Assembly: GCA_002269645.1 (NCBI GenBank)
Contig: NIVC01000717.1
Span: forward strand, 326,822 to 390,821
Source of the DNA: Macrostomum lignano
Taxonomy: Eukaryota
DNA length: 64,000 nucleotides
Direction of reading: 5' to 3'
Part shown: positions 39,203-50,600 of the stretch, in pieces
How the letters are laid out: the number at the start of each line of letters is the position of its first letter
How positions within the stretch are numbered: the stretch's first letter is position 1
Notes under the pieces: model-generated
Told to the model about the DNA's origin: nothing
Databases searched by the model: none
Seen by the model: only the letters and a program-made list of their open reading frames with translations
Position numbers and translations under genes: made by a program

Positions 39203-40610
39203 ACGCCAATCTCAGTAGCTTAAGGGCGCCAATCTCAGTAGCTTAAGGGCGCCAATCTCAGTAGCTTAAGGGCGCCAATCTCAGTAGCTTAGGGGCGCCA
39301 ATCTCAGTAGCTTAAGGGCGCCAATCTCAGTAGCTTAGGGGCGCCAATCTCAGTAGCTTATGGGCGCCAATCTCAGTAGCTTAGGGGCGCCAATCTCAGT
39401 AGCTTATGGGCGCCAATCTCAGTAGCTTAGGGGCGCTAATCTCAGTAGCCTAGGGGCGCCAATCTCAGTAGCTTAGGGGCGTCAATCTAAGCAGCTAAGG
39501 GGTGCCAGTTTCAGAAATCTCAGTAGCTTAGGGGCGCCAATCTCAGCGATCTCAGTAGCTTAGAGGCACCAATCTCAGTAAGCTTAGGGGCGCCAATCTC
39601 AGCAATCTCAGTAGCTTAGAGGCACCAATCTCAGTAGCTTATGGGCGCCAATCTCAGTAGCTTAGGGGCGCCAATCTCAGTAGCTTATGGGCGCCAATCT
39701 CAGTAGCTTAGGGGCGCTAATCTCAGTAGCCTAGGGGCGCCAATCTCAGTAGCTTAGGGGCGTCAATCTAAGCAGCTAAGGGGTGCCAGTTTCAGAAATC
39801 TCAGTAGCTTAGGGGCGCCAATCTCAGCGATCTCAGTAGCTTAGAGGCACCAATCTCAGTAAGCTTAGGGGCGCCAATCTCAGCAATCTCAGTAGCTTAG
39901 AGGCACCAATCTCAGTAGTTTAGGGGCGCCAATCTCAGCAATCTAAGCAGTTTAGGGGCACCAATCTCAGAAATCTCAGTAGCTTAGGGGCGCCAATCTC
40001 AGCAATCTCAGTAGCTTAGGGGCGCCAATCTCAGCAATCTCAGTAGCTTAGGGGCGCCAATCTCAGTAGCTTAGGGGCGCCAATCTCAGTAGCTTAGGGG
40101 CGCCTATCTCAGTAGCCTAGGGGCGTCAATCTAAGCAGCTTAGGGGCGCCAATCTCAGAAATCTCAGTAGCTTAGGGGCGCCAATCTCAGTAGCTTAGGG
40201 GCGCCAATCTCAGTAGCTTAGGGGCGCCAATCTCAGTAGCTTATGGGCGCCAATCTCAGTAGCCTAGGGGCGTCAATCTAAGCAGCTTAGGGGCGCCAAT
40301 CTCAGAAATCTCAGTAGCTTAGGGGCGCCAATCTCAGTAGCTTAGGGGCGCCAATGTCAGTAGCTTAGGGTTAGGAGCGCCGATTTAAGAAGATTAGGGG
40401 CGCCGATTAAAGTAGCTTAGGAGCGCCAAACTCAGTAGCTTAGGGCCGCCATGGACGCCAATGTCAGTAGCTAGGGTTAGGGGCGCTAATGTCAGTAGCT
40501 GAGGGTTAGGGGCGCCAATGTCAGTAGCTTAGGGTTAGGGGCGCCAATGTCAGTAGCATAGGGGCACCAATCCCACCAAATTCAATAGCTTAGGGGCGCA
40601 AATCTCAGTA
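39203..40610. repeat. 23-bp minisatellite with a GGCGCCAA core and higher-order structure
   Basis: (GGGGCGCCAATCTCAGTAGCTTA)n. Confidence 0.95.
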
Positions 40611-41963
40611 AAGTAAACATAAATATTTAACAATTGTCTGTTAAAAGATCTGCCACAAATGATTATCCTCAGCTGTTTTAGCGAGTTTTAGACGCAAAGC
40701 ACTAGCGGCAGTGAGCAGTCATGGAGATGATACCCTATAATTAGCACATAAATATTATTATCTGTCAGCGTCATTAATTTTTATTTCGAAAATATGGCAT
40801 GGCAGATTAGCACCTTCTATTCACAGTTGGGGTGGTGAGTGAAATTTGTTTATTGCACCTGGCATTAATGTGATGCTTCTCACAGATTGTGGTTTTATCG
40901 CACCTGCCTCTTATTATCGCCTTGACCAAAATCAACAAACCCTATGACCTATATGAGATATTGCAAGCGTAATACAAAATAAAATATTGTTTAATAATCT
41001 GGTAAATGAAATGGAAATTATATTTAGTTGCCATTGGAAAAGCTGCTGAAGCAAACAGTACAACACGTAACAAACAAGACACATTTCAGTCTCATCCTCT
41101 GCCTGGGTCAGTATTCCTCTCTGACCCATCGTTGGGATAGGACAGTCTCACTTGCTGCCTCATCAACTCCTTGGGTCAGCCTCACTTGCAACCTCATCAA
41201 TTAGTTGGATCAGACTCACTTATAACCTCATCAACTGGTTGGGTCAGCCTCACCTGTAAGTCCGTAACCTCACCAACAACTTAGGGTTCATGAGGCAATT
41301 CTTTCCTGCCCATATCAGAACCCGTCTTTTAACAACTCGAAGCAGTTCAAGCCAAAATGCAATTGTGACCAACCAGCAAGACAAAGTTGCTCGCTAAATA
41401 AAAGCAGAGTACTACTCGTATACCATACGGCATACAATCGTAAGTGTAAACAAACTTGGATATTTATGAATTGTAATACGAAAAATTCGAAGACTGCATG
41501 ACAAACAATAAATTTATGATCTGCATGGCAGCTTATATAGCAAAAGTTGCTTATATTTTACAACTTTTTAAAGCAGATTTTCTACTTTGATTTCAAACGA
41601 CCTTAAGCGATTCCGTGGGTGGGATTTCCTGTTGTCTGCAACTCGAGGACTTCTGAAGGGAATTCATAATTTATATACAATCTGCTATATAGTTTATAAC
41701 CCACAAAATGAGTAACCAAACTAACTATATAGCTGTGTGCTGGCCCTGACCAGCTGTTTAATGCTAGCATAATAATCATACAAGCTGGTATTACAGTGCA
41801 GGTGGGAACCTCTATAAACCTGTATTTTAAAAGAGTAAATAAAAGGGATGAATCCCGGAATGCAGCTTGTGGGAACAAAGATGAGTAATGCCTGATCCTT
41901 GGATTGAGAGAAAATGCACAGTGAATAGAGAATGTTTTGTTGTGGAAATCAGTAATTGTGCTT

Positions 41964-42150
41964 CAGGGCGCCAAAATATAGCGCCTGCTTGCGGCGCCAA
42001 AATGAGCGCTTGCCTGCGGCGCCAAAATGAGCGAATACCTGCGGCGCCAAAATGAGCGCTAACAAAACAAGTTCTTAAAATAATGTAACATTTCTTGGCT
42101 TCGTCACCCCACCCCCCTCCCCCCCAAAAAAACCGACGGTGACGCCCTTG
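41964..42150 (+). mobile_element. Truncated relative of the hAT-like MITE, with only 4 units (25-26 bp)
   Basis: GGCGCCAAAATGAGCG units, then AATAATGT..TTCTTGGCTT..CCCC..GTGACGCCCTTG as at 1950-2041. Confidence 0.55.
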
Positions 42151-42154
42151 CGAT

Positions 42155-42424
42155 TCAGAGAATGTCAGAGTGACAGAGAATGTGAGAGCGAGGAATATGA
42201 AAGTGAGTGAGAATGTGAGAGTGAGTGAGAATGTGAGAGTAAGTGAGAATGTGAGAGTGAGTGAGAATGTGAGAGTGAGTGAGAATGTGAGAGTAAGTGA
42301 GAATGTGAGAGTGAGTGAGAATGTGAGAGTGAGTGAGAATGTGAGAGCGAGGAATATGAGAGTGAGTGAGAATGTGAGAGCGAGGAATATGAGAGTGAGT
42401 AAGAATGTGAGAGCGAGGAATATG
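42155..42424. repeat. 18/27-bp minisatellite, left part (interrupted by the LTR element)
   Basis: GAGAGTGAGTGAGAATGT and GAGAGCGAGGAATAT units. Confidence 0.93.
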
Positions 42425-43337
42425 TGTAGAGAGTTATTAGACCATACCGTAATGCTCTACTTAAAGTAATATTCTAAGGAAGTCAATTTCTTTCAAAATG
42501 AGTCATATCTATTTTAGGAATCACGCGCAAACAGAATGATTTAGAACCCTACATTGTTTGATCAAGGAACCGGATTTCAACAGCTGTATTTGTTTAACTC
42601 CATATATGGTAATGCTCAAACATGCATGACCGCTTAATCAAACATTTTTGACCTAAGTAAATACCCAATCCCAAACCGGTTTTTCTCCAAAATTTTGCTA
42701 TAAATATAAGTGAAAATTCAAGTCAAAAATTCAGACTCGGAGCGGTCTCTAAGAAGACACCGAAGAAATAAGAAGACCAATCTCTGAGGGACCATCCCTG
42801 TCCAATTGGTAAGCGTTTACCCGATTTAGTTAATTGTTAATAGCGCTAATAAAGTGATTGATTGAGTATACGAGAGCAGTTCATTGTCGATACATTTGAG
42901 AAAGGCCTCCTTGTTTCCTAGGATATTCCTAGAGGATTTATTGATTTAATTGAGTTATCCGTTACGTTTCGGACGTAACGAAGAAGCCGCCCTTCAGGAG
43001 GACCTATCACAGAAAATTAGAGAATTCAATTGTTCATTAGGGCGCAAGTTCTATTGTGAATTCCGAGCTCGAGGACCGTTAAGAAGTTCTGATTCGCTCT
43101 CGTTTGGTCGACCCACAGATAAAGGACACCAAAGAAAAACAGTGGTTCACCGGAACCGGTCGCCGTAACCGCTCAGCAAGCTTGCTATCCCGACGCGCCA
43201 CAGAACTCCACCGGCTGCCGACCCCAAGAGGATCCGCTGAAGTAAGTTATTTGAACTGATAAATACCTAGGCACTTGTTCCCCCGTGTCTAGAAGTGGGA
43301 GTTTTTGAGTGACTGATCACCACTCTTAAACTCTTCA
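42425..43337 (+). repeat. 5' LTR (913 bp)
   Basis: TGTAGA...CTTCA; TATAAATA at 42699, AATAAA at 42848; differs from the 3' LTR by 2 substitutions and one 5-nt indel on manual comparison. Confidence 0.97.
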
Positions 43338-43339
43338 AC

Positions 43340-43356
43340 TGGTGATCTCGCCCAGG
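43340..43356 (+). promoter_or_regulatory. Primer-binding site (tRNA not assigned)
   Basis: TGGTGATCTCGCCCAGG starts 2 nt after the 5' LTR. Confidence 0.75.
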
Positions 43357-43703
43357 CTCAAGCGCTACCAGGCTAGATCGCTGAAAGTACTTTGACACAA
43401 GTCCTTTGCGCAAATTTTTCTGAACTTTTTACCGAACCGCCATTGTTTGCATAGAGACCCTTTGATTCTTCGTGCACCGTTTTATACTTTTGTTAAATTT
43501 GCGAATATCCTATCTCAATTTCTTTCTTTGGTAAAGGCAACACAGAATTTTTTTTGCCCCCGTGTCCATTTTCCTTTCTTCCTTTAAGTAAATAAGAGCT
43601 TGCACACACACACAACACTTGTTCGCCACTTTGAAAGTCCAATCTGGAAAATCCTTTGGAAATTGATCCAGATCTGGTCCTCTTGCCGTTCCCATTTGAA
43701 AAT

Positions 43704-44600
43704 ATGGCTCGAAGAAACCCTACAGTGCATCGCGATGTCAAGGAAACTGTTGGAATGTATACCATGGATAAAGATTTTAACACCTTCATTGAACACTTCG
43801 ACCTTGTAACTCGCGAATACGGACTACAAAATCCAGAAAAGGCACTTCTTCTTCCTCCACTGTTAGAAGGTACTGCTCGAGAAATTTATGGCAAACTAAA
43901 TGCCGCCGCACAGCAAGACTATCATACTTTAGTTACACAACTGAGAGCACAATTCGCCAGATGTGGAACCAATCGATCTGTGCTTCTACACAAACTTCAT
44001 AATCGAAAAATGAGTCCGACGGAATCCTTCCTTACTTTCGTCGATGACGTCCGCAAAATTATTAAAGCGTTGCACCAGCCACCACCACCGAACCCAGGAG
44101 CTCAGCCTATCGGACCAGCAGAACTAGCTGCACGAGAAAGACAACGCCTTGCTGACCAAGAACAAAGCCTAATCCTCCATGTCATTAATAATGCTCAACC
44201 TTCGCTGCGAGACAGGTTGTTAAGAGAAACCATTGAGACAGAGGAACAATTAATTCGTTGCGGCATGCAATGGGAAGCAAGTGCCCCACTCCTGACTTCT
44301 CGTAGTAGTGATACGACACAATTGGGAGAACAATTGAGCAAACTCATGCAGCAGTACCAAACTTCTGCAATCATGCCACAGCGACAGAGATACGCTCCGC
44401 CACCCACTTGTTACACCTGTGGAAGAATTGGTCATTACGCCAGAGACTGCCGATCACGTGGCAATCCAAGACAATATAATGACAACAGAAGAAAAAATTG
44501 GACTCGTCCTCAAAATCGCAATTGGAACCCACCACAGAATAGACAAGGAAATGCCTTGGTACCTTATCGACAACAAAGAAATCCTCCTCCTCCAAGACAG
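43704..44600 (+). CDS. gag: Gag region: capsid-like domain and CCHC nucleocapsid knuckle
   Basis: FIEHFDLV..LLEGTAREIYGKL..LRAQF capsid pattern; CYTCGRIGHYARDC at 44409-44450; basic R/N/Q-rich tail. Confidence 0.9.
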
Positions 44601-47600
44601 CCTACTCAGGTCCGCAGACAATATGCTCAAGCTATTGAACCGGAATACACTCAAGTCATCGAACCAGAGTTTAAGATAGAGGATCTTATGCCGGATTTCA
44701 CAATCAATGTCCTTGAGGAGTTTGAAAGACGAAAAGATAGCACAAGCAGCGAAAGTAGCTGCATGATGGATTCTCTGTTTGAAGAAGATCCACCCATTCC
44801 TACCTCTTCTAAAGCAAGTCCAGTCTTCCGAGAAAACAAAAGACAACAACAAACTATTTCTAAGCAACAAAGCAATCTATTTAAAGTTCCGACGATCGAC
44901 AATCTTTCGGAAACTCACCGAGATGACAATTTCCAGGATCGTAAAGAAATGACAACACTTGAAGAAGACAGAGATCCAGCAACTTCTCAAAACATCTTTG
45001 AAGAAAGCGTTGACATGTTGCAGGTCCTAGTCGACGATATAGACCTGTCAGAAACACCTCCAACACAGGAACCAGACTATGAAAATATTGTCTCCCCTAG
45101 TCCAGTCCACGAAAAATGGAAACATGACAAGGCCACGAACACACAATCTAACCATTCGACAGATGAAAAGTTCGTACAGACGGAGGATGACACATATGTT
45201 TCAATGAACCTAGACTATGAAAGCGAATATGATGAACCGATAACAATAATGGAACCGGTTAACACTCCAACTGATGAGAATACAACTACACATCTTACCA
45301 ATATATCAAAATCAACCAACTTTATGCGTCCGATGTTGCAATCGCAGCCACCCACACCATTACCATGTTCCAACAAATGGCACTTTTCGACTCGCCTTAC
45401 TCCTCCGCCGTATCCTGAAGATAGTCATGACGAGATTGAAGACACTCCACCAGTACCAACAAGACGAAAGAAAAAACATCCGCTACTGCAATGCTTCCTC
45501 ACGATCTTGATGATGGCAATTGTTCCCACGGTACTGCCGTCTCCATCTCCAATGATCTGTCCCACTGATGGAGACATCCAGCCAGTCATTTACAAGATTC
45601 CTACGGAAATCAAATGCAGTTACTTTAAGACAAACCAAACCAAGCCACTACCACTAACTATTGAAATATACAAAGCAAATACAAAGAAGCATCGACAAAT
45701 GGGAATTGTGTGCTTCCGAGACAAGGATGAAATTGAAAAGGTTTGGCTGGTACAATGGAACCGAATCAGGTATTGGCAAACTTCGATGATGGTATCACAA
45801 GAAGAATGCTTTCGGTGGAATCAAACTCTGTTTTCCGAAGATGGTCAATTAAAACTTCATGAGACGTCCGCCAGCGGAGCACAGCTATTTCGCACAAAAA
45901 ATGTAGCCGATGGAAGATATGTCCATTATCATCAATCACGATGGCCTACATACTCAGTCTACAATAGCTACCTCATCCGAAATGTTTTATTCTACCACAA
46001 TCCATTTGACAACATGGAATCCTTACAGCTACCACTCGACCAGTGTCACTACAGCTCTGGATATTGTTCTACCCCTAACTACAACAAAGAAGAAGCTCAA
46101 AATTTACCCCTAGCACCGACTTATTTCCACGACTATCGATACCAAATTGAATACAGATCGGATTCCCGCTATGAGGAGCCTAGCCGAACCCGCAAATATT
46201 TCATTGCATGGGAAGTTAAAACTGAAATTGACTGCAAGCTACAAAAATATCACACTGTTAAAGGAAAATTGCTATCTAACACCTTCCTTGCCGACTCAGG
46301 AGATCTCGCTCTTACATTTCCTAAGCAACCAAGCTACACACACTTGAAATGTAAAGACAAGGACGAGCAACTAATCCTCTCCGACCAAGAAATACCAATC
46401 GTGCTTAAGGATATGGATAAGAATGTGTTCCTGAAAGTAGTAAATGGAACCTATCAGAGAAAAGATGTCATAGAACGACATAAGCGAGACCTACCTAAGC
46501 CTTCTCTAGTATCAGCACGACTTCTGGCAGCAAAACTAGCCGCCATGGAACATAAGCTACATAAGCAACTGAACTATCTGCATCGATCCATGGTCAAACT
46601 AACGTGCCGAATGCACGAAACCAGCCTGAATTACGCAAGACAGAACTATTATGTCAATCCCACGACGACCTTTAGGAAAATCACAGGTATTGAAGATGTC
46701 TTGGCAATTCCAGTTTACGGATATTTGCTAATCTATAAATGTACACCGATCCACCACTTTAACATCTTGCCATCAAATACTACAACAACCTGTTACGACA
46801 AACCTCGAATCGAGGCCTTTTACAAGGGAAGGCGCATCCGAGGATTTTTGGACACTGTCCACAATATTATTGTTGGAACCGCCATTCCAAGACCATGTAC
46901 AAACTCAGCCAACTATTTCAACTTAAACGATCTACTACACCAAATTTCGTCGGCAGGCGATATTAAAAACATTTCAAACTCGCAAGTTATTGTTGACGAG
47001 ACTTACGAAATGACGGACCTCGAAGTAAAATTCAATAAAACAACATACAAACCCTTTGGAGATATTAAACTAGACGAAATCACCCCAGGATGGACTATCA
47101 ACGATTTCCTGCAGGTTTTTATTTCACAACGGCAAGTCCTGACAAAACTGTTCACGGAACGACAGCAACGAGATGCAGATCGACTTACATCTCCAATAGG
47201 AATGACTATGCACAATGCCATTCAATCGTTTTGGTCAAATAGCTTTCTGGACCTAATACAAGGACGAGGAAGTCTATACCAAGGTTTTCTTTTCTCCAGT
47301 GCTTGCATTGTATGGATCTACTTAGTGCTACTCATTCTTGTCACAGTAGTCCGATGCGCAGCAAGAAATTGTCCACAAACTCGAGGCATCTTTCAAATAA
47401 TCAAACAAACAGACACTACCACTACAGGAGAAGAACCAACCGAAGAGACACCTATGCAAGTTCAAGAAATTCGACCAGAACCTACAGCACCAGAAACCTC
47501 AAACATTTATCCAAAAATCGATTTCAAGCCAGCAATTCCTCCGCCAATGTCACCTCCACTACCAATCGACCCAAAATGGCCAGCCAACTACGTCTGTACT

Positions 47601-50600
47601 CTCCAAGCCAATATGGGAAGAGCAATGGCTCAAGTACTTGTCAACAACAGGCCCAGCAAAGCACTGCTTGATTCTGGAAGCTCCATCACTGTCATTACTA
47701 AGAGACTATATGACAAACTACAACTTCGAATGCGACCATCATCCATCGCTGTTGCTGGAGCAGGTGGACATGCGCTTAATATCCTTGGACAAGTTGGGAT
47801 TATGCTCAAACTGGCAAATAAACAACTCCCTGTTCAAGCATTTGTTATCGACCACCTTCCAAGTCAAGATGTTATCATTGGAATCGACACATTCCAAAAA
47901 CTGAATTTACCCTTGACATTTGATTTTAACAAACAGACATTCAAACTAGACAACGTAGAACACCCATTGGTCAGCCAAGTTCATTTACAACCTAAAGTTC
48001 ATCTCCGACAAGATGTATTCATACAGCCTGAAAGCACTTGTTGGGTTAAGGCTTATCTAGTAAATAACGAAGACGTCGAAGAAGCTATGATTTTCGAACC
48101 AAGAAAGAAACTACTAACAACAAAGGAAGTTCTAATTCCAACGGCATTGGTCCTGATCACATCAGAAAAAGTTATTCCGGTACAGATTGTCAACCCTCAC
48201 CAACATCCCGTTAAGATCTACGCAGGAACATGCATGGGACACCTCAACACACAAGCCTCCGTCATGCTGATTCAACATACAAAAACAACAAGGATGTCAA
48301 AGCAACAATTCTTACAACAAATTGATCTCTCGCAAAGTCCCATTACGGAAGGACAAAAAACACAGGTCAGAGATCTACTTTGGAAGTACAATGACGTCTT
48401 TTGTCATCATGATTACGACATTGGTCGCGCTCGCGACATCAAGCAGAAAATCGAACTGCTACCCCACCAGGAACCCATCCAATGCAAACCATACCCAGTA
48501 GCAAAACATCTGCAACAACATTTTGATGAAATCATCGAAAAAATGCTCAAGGCCGGAATCATCAAACGAACAGTCTCAGCATATTCATCACCGTGTCTAC
48601 TAGTTGAAAAAAAGGAAACAAATGAAAGACGACTTGTCTGTGACTTTCGAGTCCTAAATAAATACATCCCCACAGATCAACAAAGTCTACCAAAGATTTC
48701 GGAACTATTGGCACGACTGAATACAGCTACTCTCTTCACCGTATTTGATCTACGACATGGCTTTTGGCAAATTGAACTTGAAGAAGAATCAAAACAATAT
48801 ACAGCATTCAAGACCTACAAGGGAGAAGTCTTTGCGTACCAGAGAAGCCCAATGGGGATTTCCAACTCCCCAGCGACCATGAGCCGCTTAACAGCCTACA
48901 TGCTAGCGGGATGTACGAATCTATTGCATTATGTGGACGATATTCTCGCTTTCGGCGATAATTTCGAACAACTACTGAGTGTCATGGAACAAGCTCTCTT
49001 TCTACTTCAGAAACAAGGACTAAAACTACAACCTACAAAATGTAAATTCTGCAGAGATTCAGTCCGATATCTGGGACATCATGTTTCAGCAAGAGGAATT
49101 TCACCCGACCCTAATAATGTCGAAAAGGTCAAGAAGTTCCCCAAGCCTACAACACTTACAAAACTACAATCATTCCTTGGATTAGCACAGTACTTCCGAA
49201 AATTCTTACCAAACTTCGCGCAAACTGCAAAGCCATTATATGAGTTGTTGAAGTTTCCCAAATGGAAGGAAGAAAATTGGAAAACGGAACAGCAAAACAG
49301 TTTTGATAAAATTAAACAGCAACTAACCAGCGACGCTCTGCTCAAACACCCAGACTTTCAAAAGCCGTTTATTATCGAAACCGATGCATCAGGAAGTGGT
49401 TTAGGAGCTGTACTACTTCAACAAACAGATCAGAAAAAGGAAAAACCAATTGCCTTTATCAGCCGAGCCCTGCGTCCAAATGAAACAAAATGGTCCGCCA
49501 CCGAACGTGAATTACTAGCGATTTTATTCGCTCTACGACAGTTTCATTACTACATCTACGGATCACCGCTACCAACCATCATCCGCACAGACCACGCACC
49601 GCTGACTCATGTTGTCAAAACAAAAGGACAAACGAATAACAGACTTATCCGGATGGTCCTCAAAATTCAGGACTATAACTTTCATCTCGTCTATAAACCA
49701 GGACCTACAAACAAGGCCGCGGATGCGCTATCAAGAGCATATGAAGTCAATGCTGTCCACCCCATTCCAACCATGACGGATCTACTGAAAGCGCAACAAG
49801 AAGATAATTTCTACAAAGCTGTATACGAAGACACAGAAGAAATGCAAAAACCGCTCACCAAGATCGAAAAGAAATTTTTACGGAAACAAGGCAATAATCT
49901 CATCTTCAAAGAACTAGCACTTTACTGGCTGCACAATAATACCCCAAGATTGTACCTACCATACAACTATCGCGCCGCAATCCTACATGAACTACACGAC
50001 ACACCCCTAGCCGGACATTTATCCGCCAAGAAAACAATCCACAGAATAGCCCAGTTCTATTTCTGGCCAACAATGAATGCAGACATCCGCAACTACTGCC
50101 TACAATGCCACTCATGTGCTTCAACAAAGACTGGAAGAAGACAAAAACCAGAACTTCAATCCGTACCAAAGACAACCACATGGGACATTGTATCACTTGA
50201 TATTACCGGACCACTACCGCCAGCTCGACAACATGCTATCGATTACACTTACATTCTTACCGCATTAGACGTGTTCTCTAAATTTGCTGTTGCCATTCCA
50301 CTGCCTGACATTACAGCCACTACAGTTGCAATGGCCTTCTACAATGAAATTATCTGCAAATACGGAACTCCAAAGACACTAACCTCCGACAATGGTACAC
50401 AATTTACGTCGCAACTATTCCAACAGGCGGCTAAATTACTAAATATCCAACAAATTTTCACCTCCACCTACAATCCAAAAGCTAACCTAGTAGAACGATT
50501 CCATAGAAATCTATACGAAATGTTGACACACTTCGTCTATAAGCAACCTGAAGATTGGATCATATACCTGCAGTCAGTGACAATCGCCTACAACAGTGCA

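Noticed and set aside
42950-43168. Small ORF in the LTR (and 53320-53634)
   Set aside because: Non-ATG start, and its frame is changed by the 5-nt indel between the LTRs
45480-47360. Env segment as an independent nested insertion or a baculovirus F-type (errantivirus) env
   Set aside because: No flanking repeats or frame break. The cleavage site is followed by a heptad helix and a gB-like motif, not a hydrophobic fusion peptide as in class I F proteins
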